Below, one piece after another: positions 12,865 through 24,875 of a stretch of 64,000 bases of DNA (position 1 is the first letter of the stretch; every line of letters begins with the position of its first letter). Source of the stretch: Octopus sinensis (taxonomy: Eukaryota); the NCBI RefSeq assembly GCF_006345805.1, contig NC_043003.1, forward strand, positions 94,860,001-94,924,000. Reading direction: 5' to 3'. The position numbers were made by a program, and so were the translations under genes. The notes under the pieces were generated by a model. It did not search any database. It saw only the letters and a program-made list of their open reading frames with translations, and was not told the DNA's origin.

Positions 12865-13008
12865 CATATATACGACAGGCTTCTTTCAGTTTCCGTCTAC
12901 CAAATCCACTCGCAAGGCTTTGTTTGGCTGACGCTATAGTAGAAGACACTTGCCCAAGGTGCCACGCAGTGGGACTGAACCTGGAACCATGTGGTTGGTA
13001 AGCAAGCT
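12603..13008 (-). mobile_element. SINE family A with expanded (CA)n
   Basis: Reverse complement of the 3339-3720 consensus. A partial extra head follows at ~13009-13130. Confidence 0.9.
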
Positions 13009-13790
13009 ACCAAATCCATTCACAAGGCTTTGGTTAGCTTGGAGTTTAATAGAAGACACTTGCCAAAGGTGCTACACTGTGGGATTGAACTCTGAACCAC
13101 GTTGTTGAGAAGCAAACTTTTTACTATGTAGTATATTTTGCTGCTGTGTACTATGCAATATAGTAAATATTCATCATCATTGATTTTATGTCCACTTTCC
13201 CCATGCTTGCATGGGTTGGACAGAATTTTCTTGTGGATTTTTGTATGACCAGTTACCCTTCCTGTTGAAACACCTCACGTTTCTAAGTAAGGTAATCTTT
13301 CTCCATTGAGAGGTATATCTTCACAGGAGATTGGGAACAAAACACACACACATATTTCCTTTCATCCTTTAGGTGTTGATAAAATAAATATCAATTGAGT
13401 ACTGGGGGTCAATGTAATCGACTGCCCCTCCCCCAAATTTCAGGCCCTGTACCTATAATAGAAAGGATTATTATTATTATTATTATTCAGTAGTTTTATT
13501 TTTATAACGTGCTTTCACTGCACTACCAAGTGCAGCTCTGTGTGCCTTGGGTATGTGCTGTGGTTTGCTGTGATGCTCTTATGGTTACTGTATGCAGTGC
13601 CTAGTAGTGCTACTTTCTGTATGTTATATATTGCGTAACTGGTACTTTATTTGTTCATCCTTTCGAGGTCGACAAATAAAGTACAAGTTACGCACTGGGG
13701 TCGATGTAATCGACTTAATCCCTTTGTCTGTCCTTCTTTGTCCCCTCTATGTTTAGCCCCTTGTGGGCAATAAAGAAATATATTTTAAAA

Positions 13791-14025
13791 AAGGTGGCGA
13801 GCTGGCAAAACCGTTAGCATGCCGGACGAAATGCATAACCGTATTTCGTCTGCCGTTATGTTCTGAGTTCAAATCCTGCCGAGGTCGACTTTGCCTTTCA
13901 TCCTTTTGGGGTCGATAAATTAAGTACCAGTTACACACTGGGGTCGATATAATCGACTTAATTCGTTTGTCTGTCCTTGTTTGTCCCCTCTATGTTTAGC
14001 CCCTTGTGAGTAATAAAGAAACATA
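13791..14025 (+). mobile_element. SINE family B (full length; partial copies at ~13340-13490 and ~13640-13780)
   Basis: Full consensus through the ...agccccttgtgagtaataaagaaa tail. Confidence 0.9.
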
Positions 14026-14029
14026 TACA

Positions 14030-14390
14030 TTTGTTAGTCCTGGTGTTTTTGTTATGTATTTGTCTGAATATTTTTTTTATCATACCTAATGCTACCACTA
14101 TGATAGGAACTGTTTCTGTATTTAGACTCCACATTTGAGTTACCTGTATTTCCTGGTTTTTGTATTTTGAAAGTTTCTCCATTTCTTTTAGCTGTCTTAT
14201 TTTTAGTGAGTGTTTTTAATACACCACTGAATGCAGCTCTATCTACTTTGAGTATATGCAGTATTTTGTTTCAGTTTTGTTATTTTTGCTCTATTGAAAG
14301 TGGTTTACATAATATTTATGAGGTGCTTAGTAGTATTATTTTCTCTATATTAAGTGTAGTTGCAAGTCTTAAGGTTTTGGCTTTTTACTC
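14030..14390 (-). mobile_element. Decayed R4-like LINE C-terminal restriction-like endonuclease (RLE) fragment
   Basis: MEKLSKYKNQEIQVTQMW / SLNTETVPIIVVALGMIKK resembles the EK..KY..L..E...MW...T.VVP.VVGALG pattern. Confidence 0.65.
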
Positions 14391-14391
14391 T

Positions 14392-14602
14392 TTTACTCTT
14401 TTACTTGTTTCAGTCATTTGACTGCAGCCATGCTGGAGCACCGCCTTTAGTTGAGCAAATCGACACCAGGACTTATTCTTTGTAAGCCCAGTACTTATTC
14501 TATCGGTCTCTTTTGCTGAACCGCTAAGTGACGGGGACGTAAACACACCAGCATCGGTTGTCAAGCAATGCTAGGGAGACAAACACAGACACACAAACAC
14601 AT

Positions 14603-14654
<52 letters not shown>

Positions 14655-14818
14655 GGCAGGCTTCTTTCAGTTTCCGTCTACCAAATCCACTCACAAGGCA
14701 TTGGTCGGCCCGGGGCTATAGTAGAAGACACTTGCTCAAGATGCCACGCAGTGGGACTGAACCCGGAACCATGTGGTTGGTTAGCAAGCTACTTACCACA
14801 CAGTCACTCCTGCGCCTA
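14392..14818 (-). mobile_element. SINE family A
   Basis: Near-consensus copy with a long (TA)n core. Confidence 0.9.
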
Positions 14819-15081
14819 TGTGTATGTCTGTATTTTCTTTTCATTGTTCCCAAAACACTCTTTATTATAGGGACTGTTTCTCTTTTCAAGCTCCTATTAT
14901 GCACAAATATATGTGCCCTCATGTATTGCATAACATCTTTCAGCCCCATCCCTTGCCTTTGTAAAACTTATACGTCCCTACTCCACACGTCTTTCTTTTT
15001 ATGTAAACCCACTACTTAATGTCTCTTTGTGTTATTTTTATGTATTTCCCTGAGCTCCTGTGGTTAATAAAGAAAAGACTA

Positions 15082-15116
<35 letters not shown>

Positions 15117-15599
15117 GGTGGTGGTGGTAGCAGTGGCTGCGGTTGTTGTTGTTTACTATTCTTGTAGTAAATCAATTATAAGCTGGCTTTTGATATATGT
15201 CACTTTGTATTTCCAGTTAGCCTGCTCTAATATAGCATGTTGTCTTTATGGTTCACTTATTAATAATTCACGAGTAACATGACTCCAATTGCTGCTGTCG
15301 TTGCTGTTATTTCCATCATCACGACTGCTATTACTTAGTCAAATGTGTGTGGTCAGTTTTGCTTTATACAAAATGTACTCTGTAGTATTTCATAAGTGGG
15401 TATGTGAGATATGAGTGAGAGAGAGGAGATAGAAAACAAGGCTGTCGTTGAAATGGCTGCTGTATAAAATATTAAACTAGCAGTTCATTGGTCATGATGA
15501 TTTAGGGTTGGGTATTTATATATTTCTATTTTGTCGTTGGTCAGGCTCTTTTTCTGAATCTATTGGGTTATGTCTAATCCCATTTGTCACAGTGCTAAT

Positions 15600-16480
15600 A
15601 AAACATTTATCATTTATCAGTCAATCTTTATGCTGTCCTAGAGATTGTCATTGGCAGTGATTATGCTGTTAGCAGTCTTTATATGTTCTCTTGACTGGCA
15701 GTTGTTAATCTGTGTAAAAGACTACGGTTGGCAGTTTTGTATACTGTGTTACTATCATTGGCAATTTTTCTACTGTATTAGAGGTTATCATTGTTACTTA
15801 TACTGTGCAAGAGACTGCTACAGTTAGTTTTTAAACAGTGTAAAAGACTGCTTTTGGCTGTCTTCATCATGTGCTGTAGACTGGTAGTCTTTAGACCAGT
15901 GCTTTTCAAACTTTTTGCTGGAGCGGAACCCCAAGGAAACATTCCACTGGCTTGGGGAACCCCTGTGCAATAATTTAATAGTCTTATGCACACATATCTG
16001 CACAGGAGAATTAAAAATTACTGCCAATTTTAGCAGTTTTGTAACTTCTTGCGGAACCCCTGGACTGTACTGGCGGAGCCCTAAGGTTCCGTGGAACCCT
16101 GGTTGAAAACCACTGCTTTAGACTATAAAAAACTATTGTTGGCAATTTTTCTTATAATGTTAGTCACTATCATTAGCAGTCTTTTTAATAAGTTTATCAG
16201 TGTCACTCAGACTTTTATAATTAATCTTTATACTGTGTAAAAGGTTGCTGTTAAGTCATTATATGTGCTCTAGACTGGCAGTCTTTAGAAGTTACAAAAC
16301 TGCAGTCTCAAGAAGTTACAAAACTGCTAAAATTGGCAGTAATTTTTAATTCTCCTGTGCAGATATGTGTAAAAGACTTGTTGGTTGTTTTTTATACTGT
16401 GGTAGTAACTAACATTGGCAATCTTTATACTGTACTAAACATTATCAATGTCATTCACTATACTGTGCAAGAGACTGTTA
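15600..16480. repeat. Highly degenerate minisatellite (tatactgtgtaaaagactg..ttggcagtcttt-like)
   Basis: Recurrent ttggcagt / atactgtg / aagactg motifs, interrupted by a hAT MITE. Confidence 0.6.
15897..16115. mobile_element. hAT (Charlie-like) MITE
   Basis: TIRs CAGTGCTTTTCAA / TTGAAAACCACTG with a perfect 8-bp TSD CTTTAGAC (15889-15896, 16116-16123). Confidence 0.9.
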
Positions 16481-18419
16481 GAGTGAGTGTTTGACGTGCT
16501 CAAGACTGGAATTTCATTCTGATGCAAAATTTTGATAGTTTTATATTTTGTTTCCTCTGTAATGTTAGGAAATTTTATGGCCATTGTGATAATTGAAAGT
16601 AGTTGTCCTAGAGATGCATTGTTTGAATCCCAAACCTTCATATACCTGTAAATTTGTGTACATACTAAATGCTCTAAAGCATAGAAGTATACACCTGTCC
16701 TTTGTTTGACTTTAAAATTCAATGTCTTCAAATTTTTCAAGATTTTGGAATGACACAGTTCTTTCTCCACAATAGAAGTGGGTGCTGAAAACTTCCTAGC
16801 TTTAAGGATATCATGAAAGGCCTGGTTGGAAGCCCAACATTCCTAGTTCCTTTACAGGGCTTGGAAAAATTGAAGGACTGGATGTTTGAATTCTATTACT
16901 CTCAGTACATGTCTGCAGATTGATGCCCAAGCACTCTGAAATGTCTGTATTGGAGTTTCCAGCATGAATGCCAAGCAGTACAGCATGTCATTTCCAAATT
17001 TCTGGCAAAGTGAATTGTGCTGCATTTCTCACAGACAGTGCCCAACTGACCCTACTATACTGTGTAGTTGACAAAATCAAAACAGACAATGTACATGTGG
17101 GAAATTCAAAATATAAAATGGCCACAATTTACTCATTGCACCCTGTGTGTGTTTATATAAATTTATATATATATATTGTTGCTATTATGTTAAACTGTCA
17201 TATGTCCAAATTTGGCCAATTAGTTTTTTCTTTCAATATTTATTTTTGCTTGCAATAGCTGGTTCTTTTGGTCAAATTATCGTATCTCCAGCTGCTTCAG
17301 ATGCCAAGATATCAAAAATTGTGGAAGTGTAGTACAACAGTTTTGCTATGGAATGGTAAAACTATTTGTTTCGTTTTCTGAAAAAGTATCATTTTGGACT
17401 TAGGACACTTTTGCATTAAAACAATGATATATATATATATGATGGGCTTCTTTCAGTTTCTGTCTACCAAACCAACTCAAGTCTTTGTTCAGCCTGAGGC
17501 TATAGTAGAAGACACTTGCGCAAGGTGTCATGCAGTGGGACTGAACCCAGAACCATGTGGTAGGGAAGCAAGATTTTTACTGCACAGCCATGCCAATTAA
17601 ATAAATAATTCTAATCAACTCCTGTAAAGAAGTTGGAAGTTCAAAATATGCGTAGGATGTACAAATGCTTTGAATGGCTTACACGACTTCATACAAAGAG
17701 ATATGGCACTTTCTGCTTTAGACAACTGATGATGTTAACCTCCACTTTTTCATTCCATCATCCATTACATTTGCATTATCACTAGCATAGCCTATCAGAT
17801 TTTCAAATAGGATGCCATGTTTTTAGAAAAAGAAAAATTGCTAAATAATTTTAAATGCCTTGGGCAGTACTGCAGTTGATTTCCAAAAGAATAAAAACAG
17901 AAAGCAACTTATCATCTGCTTTTTGAATATGACTGTCATAAAATCTAGCTATTAGATAGAAGTTACTTTTTTGGAAATACATTTACATCAATAATTAATG
18001 AAAATTTAATCTATGATAAAATTTTGTTGTCTCTGTTCATAATACTATAACAAGGAATGAGATCAGACACAATCTATCATAAGCACAATGCTTATATTAA
18101 ACAAAAGACTGATAAGCTATAGAATGAAATCATAGGCATTCTGTATTGTAGATACGCAATTTATATTGTTTGTATTATTTGTAAGGCAATTAACTGATAA
18201 ATACACACACCACACAAAATAGCTCTTTTCCTGGTTGCAATTACTGGACTTCCAAAAATACCGAGATGCCGCCTTAAAGTTGACTATTGGCTCCAGTGAC
18301 TTATCTTGCAATCTGGTACCCATGTAATCAGTTTGTTGAATTGTTAAGTTATAGGACATAGTCTCTGTTTTTAATTGGTGTAAACATAAATGTAAAACAC
18401 ATTCGAGCATTTGAACATA

Positions 18420-18750
18420 AAACTCATTGTCCTTGCTCCCTGTCGGTTATGATGGTGTACTCCAGTTTATTTGATCGATGGGACAACCTGCTTGTGAAAT
18501 GAATGTCCAAGTGGCTGAGCACTCCAAAGACATACTTGACCATAATGTAGTTCTCAGAGAGATTCAGCATGATACAGAATATGACAAAAGTGGCCCTTTG
18601 AATTACAAGGTACAAGCCTTTTTTTTTTTTTTGCCAGCTGAGTTGACTGGAGCAACAAGAAATAAAGTGTCTTGCTCAAGGACACAACATACCACGAACT
18701 TGTGATCTTACAATTGTGAGCCAAATACCCTAACAATTAAGCCATGTCTA
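18420..18750 (-). mobile_element. SINE family D, diverged
   Basis: Reverse complement of the 37451-37831 body (caagtggctgagcactcc...gttctcagagagattcagc...ggccctttgaa). Confidence 0.75.
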
Positions 18751-19529
18751 AATTACTCGCAAAAAGCAAAAAATTTTTCCAAATTCATCGGCCCTGCTCT
18801 AGAGGCTGTTGCCAGTTTTTATACTAAGAGACTGTTTTCATTAGGTTTTACACTGTATAAGGAAAGTGTTTATATTCTCCTCAGAGATCAGAATGGACAA
18901 ACAGACATTTAATGTTTTCTTAAGTACTAACACATTAGTGTGAATAATTTTAACAAAGCAAATGAAGAAATGAACAACAGCAACAACTTATCTTATTCTT
19001 TATTTCTATTTCATTAGTTCTCTTCCATCTCAAATGAATTTGTTTAAACTAAACTTTAGTATTACCATTCAGTAGTATTATCATGCATCTTAAGTTCTTC
19101 GCATTCTGATAGGTACAGGTATGGCTGTGTGGTAAAGAAATCTGCTTCCCTATCACATGGTTCTGGGTTCAGTCCCACTGTGTCTTCTACTAAAACCTTA
19201 TGCTGTTCAAAGCTTTGTGAGTGGATTGGGTAAACAAAAACTGAAAGAAGCTCATTATAGGGTAGGTGTGAGAGGCTGGATCTGGATAGTCTGAGTGTAA
19301 AACAAGTAGAATATTTGGGCTTGATAAGGCCTGTCTGAATGCTTAAGGGTTAACTTGCTTGAGACTACTCCTGGTTCAAAGATACAGACTTCCTGTTCTT
19401 AAGTGATCTCAATTAAAAACTGCTATTAAAATTTCATGCTAACTGATGTTCTGAATACCAAGTTAATAACTGTCATATTGGTAAATTTTTAATTTTAAAT
19501 GTTGGATGATATGCTGTGCCCGAGAAGAT

Positions 19530-19725
19530 AAGTGAAGTCCTGTAACTGGCACCCATTACACTCTTGGAGTGGTTGGTGTTAGGAAGGGCAACCAGCTGTA
19601 GAAACCATGCCAAATCAGACTGGAACTTGTTGCAGCTCTCCAGCTTACCATTTTCAGTCAAACTGTCTAACCCATGCCAGTATGAAAAACAGATGCTAAA
19701 TGATGATGATGATGATGATGATTGA
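19530..19725 (+). mobile_element. RTE-type 3' end inserted in a piggyBac-like MITE
   Basis: ggttggtgttaggaagggcaacc...(GAT)n. The flanks match the TTAA MITE ending gaagggTTAA at ~19772. Confidence 0.7.
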
Positions 19726-21169
19726 AACAATTGTGGTATATTTCAACAGAAATATGGTAACAGAAGGGTTAACAACAATAATAATTGTTGCAAATTTTTC
19801 ACAAGGCCTGCAATTTTAGAGATGGGTTACATCAACCCAATGTTCAACTGGTGCTTATTTTATCAACCCTGAAAGGGCGAAAGGCAAAGTCAGGCTCTTG
19901 TGGAATTTAAGCTCAATACATAAAAAGAGCTGGAAGAAATGCCACTAAGAATTTTGTTCAACATGCTAACAATTCTGCCAGCCTGCAGAATCCAAAAGGT
20001 TTACAATAATAATGATGATAAAAATAGCCTATTAGAACAAGCAGTCATTAGAAATTCTATAAATGGGTCTAGTTGACTTCTGAATTGCAACAGAGACCCT
20101 GAAAAATAATTTGTTACTTTACAGTGAAATTCTGGAAGAAAGTTCTGTTGAAAGAATATTTTTCTTTCATTGGACACCAACTTCTAACACAGAATGACAC
20201 AGGTTTTGAAGTTCTTAATATCTTTCTTTGTTTTCTTTTCCTTATTCTTTTTTATTATTTCTTTTTCTTTTTTTTTCTTTCTTGTATGTAAGGTGAAACC
20301 TGTTTTGAAACATGATATTTTGAATAGGCTTTACATCTGAGACATAAGTTAGGGTTGCGACTTTTCACTTTCAAAGACATAACTAACACTGTTTATTTCA
20401 ACATATACAGTATAATTGCTATATATTCCATCCTGAATCCCTGCCAAAGATATCTTGTCTACATTTTAAAGGTGGGACAGTTGAGGAATCTTGTTTCACA
20501 ACTTTTTGCTTCGTCTTTCAAATATCAAGTAATGATGGTAGCATTAGCACATGGTTTTTATCTTTGCCATAATATGACTACTGTTGCAATCCACTGTTAA
20601 CATTATCACAATCTCTTTTTACACCACCCTCATAACCGAAACCACCACTACTAAAACCATCAATTCCACCACCAACTCCGTCACTTCCATCATCACCACA
20701 CTTAGTTCGTAGAATGGCAGATGTGATTGAAGGCTGAATGAAATACTTAACATTTAGTTTCCATCTACTTAATACTGTAAAACTAGAAGTATGCATCAGT
20801 TCTTAGGAGCCTTTACACGGTTTCTGTGCCTAAAAGACATTTAACACTTCGTTGTCTGAAATTAATTCTCACTTTTCAAATATAACTATTTAATATACTA
20901 TTCCATCTTTCTCAAATAGATGTTTTCAATTTCTGTGTTGTGGCATATTTGTGTATCACAGATGTTTTGCAGATGTTCTCAGTGTTTTTAAAATGAGAGC
21001 CAGAAAATACCAGGATAATTTTAAAAAACAAAAAGAAAAATTAACTTTTAATACACTTTAGTAGTCGGCATGTTTACATCTCTGCAGCAAAGTACAATGC
21101 TTGCACCCATCTCTGTTTCATTTATATATTTATATATATGTGTGTATGTGGTGTGTGTGTGTGTGTGTT

Positions 21170-21485
21170 TAGGTGTGTGACTCAGTGGTTAGAGCAAGGT
21201 AGTGAGTTTGGTTCCTTGATCGGGCTGTGTGCTATATTCTTGAGCAAGACACTTTATTTCACGTTGCTCCAGTTCACTCAGCTGTAGAAATGAGTTGCGA
21301 CATCACAGGTGCCAAGCTGTATCGGCCGATGCCTTTCCCTTGGATAACATCATTGGTGTGGAGAGGGGAGGCTGGTATGTATAGGAGACTGCTGGTCTTC
21401 CATAAACAACCTTGCCCGGATTTGTGCCTGGGAGGGTAACTTTGTAGGTGCAATCCCATGGTCAGTCGTGACCGAAGGGGATCTC
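21170..21485 (+). mobile_element. SINE family E (tRNA-like head, ttgagcaagacacttt core)
   Basis: gtgtgactcagtggttagagc head, conserved-domain-like cttgagcaagacactttatttcacgttgctccagttcactcagctg, and a retro-type tail ...gtgaccgaaggggg. Confidence 0.7.
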
Positions 21486-22406
21486 AGCAATATTCAAAGG
21501 TACCGAGCTGGCTGAATTGTTAACATACTGGACAAAATGTTTAGTGAGCATTTCTTTTTGCTTTACATACCAAGTTCAAATGTCACTAAGGCTGACTTTG
21601 CCTTTCTATTTTTCAGAGTTGACAAAGTACCAGTCAAGCACTGGGCTCAATGTAATTGACTTAACCGGTTCCCTCACAATTGGTATAACCTTGTACCAAA
21701 ATTAGGAAGAATTATCACCACCACCATCACAGTCATCATCATCACCACCATTTTCATCATCGTCATCATCCCCATTATTACATTGATCAAATCTTAATTC
21801 ATCGTCCAAGTAAAAGACGGTGAGAAGTGGAGGAGAAGGATGGTATGGTTTCAATAGAATGCCATTTTGATATATTTAAAAATGTATAGAAAAATGTTTA
21901 TTGTAGTTAAGACTTATATTCATTTTCTTGTATTTATTTTAAAAAAAATTTTTCTAAGCTTCATGTAAGCCATAACTAGTGAAGAATTTGGCTCATTCTA
22001 CGAAAAGTATAAAATGTCATTTGCTGACTAAAAATAGATTCACATATTAATGTCAAATAGAACAAAAAAAGGCAAAAAACATGATTTTATTTCATATCCT
22101 TTAGATATACGCTTAGATATTATTTTCTTTTTACTCATGAATGAAAGGATGGTAAAAGGAACTGTTCACTGAATTTTATTTTTTAAGAAATATCAGAAAT
22201 ATCATCCATTTGATTAAGATCTTTGTTTTGTTAGATATCATTTTCATTCAAAAGCTGATTTGTGTTGTTTGTTTTTTTTGTTGTTGTTGTAATTTCCATT
22301 CTTATCTTTTGATAGAAATGTTCTGGGATAGTCACTAGTTAAAGAATAATTTCTTACATATATCAGGAACAGATGATGTGATTCCAATGGAACAGTGTTT
22401 TTTAGC

Positions 22407-22556
22407 GTGGAACCATAATCTGAATGGAATATAAATTGTACTACCAAACTTGCCTGAGGTATAATTCTCATACTATCTTTGCAATGTGGAACCATATTCT
22501 GAATGGAACACAAATTGTATTACGAAACTTGCCTAAGGTATAATTTTCATATTCTC
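22407..22556. repeat. 79-bp diverged tandem duplication
   Basis: gtggaaccata.tctgaatggaa...aaacttgcct.aggtataatt.tcata at 22407 and 22486. Confidence 0.85.
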
Positions 22557-22809
22557 AAAGACAAGTTTCAAATCCGAAGTAGTTATGAGTTGAAACCATT
22601 TTCCCCCCCAACTTGAAACGCAGCATAAAATTTTTATTGGGACAAAAACAGCAGCTGATATTTTGATTTAACCCTGTAGCATTCAGATTACTCTGAAAAC
22701 AGTGTTGAATAAATAGGCATTACATTTGACAATTAATTGGCTTAACCCCTCCCCCAAAATTTCAGCCCTTGTGCCTTTAGTAGAAATTATTATTGTTATT
22801 ATTATTATT

Positions 22810-23280
22810 GAGTGACAGAGCAGTGCATGCCATCAAAGTGACACTGGGGTAAAATATACGAAGCCCAGTATACCCATCATGACTACCTGTCTGATAAGGG
22901 TACACTAGGGACATGCATTGCACATATGTTGATCTCATATCAAGATAAACAGCACATGACCTTGCAGGTGGGGCCCAGTTAGAACTTTCTTCTGGTCAAG
23001 TAACCCATCCTACTCAAAAGGACCCTGAATAAGGGTTGTTTAAGGATGTTGAAAGAAACATCCATGTTTCCAAAGATGAATTATTCAAACCCCAAAGAAT
23101 TCATCTCAACAAATGGCTATGATGCTCCCCCACTACTTCTGCTTGTGATCAGAGATGCACATATCGTCAGCCACTAAGGGACATGCTCAACTGGTTATGG
23201 TCAAACAACTGACAAGCAAATCTGTGGTATTGAGCAGAATATTTGCCATAGCCCATCTTTTATACCAAGACAAAACAATG
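22810..23280. repeat. Unclassified interspersed repeat, probably a retroelement 3' region
   Basis: Flanked by (TTA)n tracts and GC-richer than its surroundings. It resembles a repeat I recall from octopus, but this is unverified. Confidence 0.4.
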
Positions 23281-23423
23281 TATTATTATTATTATAATTA
23301 TTCATCATCATCATCATCGTTTAACGTCCGTTCTCCATGCTAGCATGGGTTGGACGGTTCGACCGGGGATCTGGGAAGCCAGTAGGCTGCACCAGGCTCC
23401 AGTTTGTATTATTATTATTATTA

Positions 23424-23458
<35 letters not shown>

Positions 23459-23467
23459 CATTATTTA

Positions 23468-23860
23468 GGTGGCAAGCTGGCAGAATCATTAGTGTGTTAA
23501 ACAAGCAAAATGCCTAGCAGTATTTCTTTCTTCTGGCTCTTTATATGCTGAGTTCACATCTCAGTGAGATCTGCTTTGCTTTTCATCCTTTCAGGGTCAA
23601 TGAAATAATGCACCAGTTCAAGTACTGTGGTTAATGTAATCAATTAGCCCTCTCCACTCAAAATTGCTGGCTTTGTGCCAAAATTAGAAAGAAGAAAAAA
23701 AAGTCATTATTGTTATTATTCTGCCAAGGCTGACTTTCTTTCATCCTCTCAGGGTTGATGAAATAAGAATCAATTGAACACTGGGGTTGATGCAATTGAC
23801 TAAACTCCTCCCTCCAAATTTCAGGCCCTGGGCTTAAAGTAGAAAAGATTATTGTTATTA
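23468..23860 (+). mobile_element. Two tandem SINE family B copies
   Basis: The B core tttcatcctttcagggtcaatgaaata occurs twice head-to-tail, with (TTA)n junctions. Confidence 0.75.
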
Positions 23861-24009
23861 TTGTTATTTTTATAATTTTAGAGTTTTCATTAATATTCCA
23901 CCTACCATTGTTGCTATTATCGTTTGATGCTCCTTTTATCTGCATAGTGGATTTTCTCTACAGCAGGATTTTGAACCCCTTGTTACTGATACAGTAAAGT
24001 GTATTGGTG

Positions 24010-24222
24010 TCGGGACTACTGAAGCCATAGAGAAAGCCATTAGGTGGCTTTGGGTAAAGGAGACAGACCTGCTGTTGGTGTTGTTGGGATGCAAGCTGGA
24101 GCTTGATTAATGCTAGCTAAGTCAGTTGAGCAAGGGTAGTCTGATGTTCTGGTATTGAATAACCCAAAACCTCCAAAGATCTTAAGGATATTTCTGAGGA
24201 TGCATCCTGGAACATCCGCAAA
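24010..24222 (+). mobile_element. HERO-like (RLE non-LTR) 3' end fragment
   Basis: GTTEAIEKAIRWLWVK resembles the TTEAAE.ASRWLW.KR C-terminus. The following UTR (ctgatgtt...acccaaaacctcc..gatcttaagga...gaggatgcatcc) resembles HERO 3' UTRs. Confidence 0.5.
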
Positions 24223-24279
24223 ATGTATCTAGGAACTAACCTACAACAGCGAACTAAAAACAAAAATATTTCCTTGTCA

Positions 24280-24875
24280 CACCATTATTATTATTATGTT
24301 TTTTCTTTCTTTCTTCAAATTTTCTTCTGTTTCTCGCCGAGTGTTTTCCATACACCTAGGGCAGAGAAGGGTATTGTATGCATTCCCAGATTACATGCGC
24401 AAATTCGCAGATAAAATATGTATTTAAAAATTAATAAATAAATAAATTCATGGATGGATGTTATTTTCACAGCGATAGTGCTCTTCTCAGTACATGAGCC
24501 GTTCCAGTTAATACAATTTTTTGCACTTCCTGTAGGGATGGTAAACCCGGAATCATTTTCAAATAGGTTTCAGTACCTTTTTTTATCATTCCTAGAGATC
24601 CTACAATCACAGGTACTGTAGTCGCCTTGAGATGCCACATTTTTTTCAATTTCTATTAGCAGGTCTTTATATTTACTAATCTTATCAAATTCTTTCGCTG
24701 CTATATTGTGATCACAGGGAATACTCATGTCAAGTAATAAACACATCCTTTTTGTCTGATCTTTTATAATAATATCCGGTTTATTAGCTTTTATAGTCTT
24801 GTCGGTCTGCACGGGGAAGTCCCATAGAATCGACACATTTTCTCCCTCAGTCACAGCTTCAGGATGATGTTTATA
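24280..24875 (-). mobile_element. R4/Dong-like LINE 3' end with RLE (one frameshift)
   Basis: ORFs 24570-24854 and 24467-24649 join to give SILWDFPVQTDKTIKANKPDIIIKD...LLLDMSIP...KISKYKDLLIEIEK/MWHLKATTVPVIVGSLG...LRRALSL*. This is the PD..D..EK RLE motif. A 3' UTR and (TAA)n tail follow. Confidence 0.9.

Noticed and set aside
14558-15019. Recurrent ORFs such as MSSNARGTNTDT...KMPRSGTEPGTMWLVSK (also 3314, 29747, 52758, 56437, 60094)
   Set aside because: These are antisense readings of SINE A copies, not a gene family.
15019-15282. Poly-Leu/Val membrane-like ORF
   Set aside because: It is a translation of (TTA)n/(GTG)n microsatellite.
16435-16784. 111-aa minus ORF or a 90-nt phase-1 exon at 16695-16784
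   Set aside because: Weak donor (gtgtat), no recognisable domain, and it runs into a minisatellite; too weak to list.
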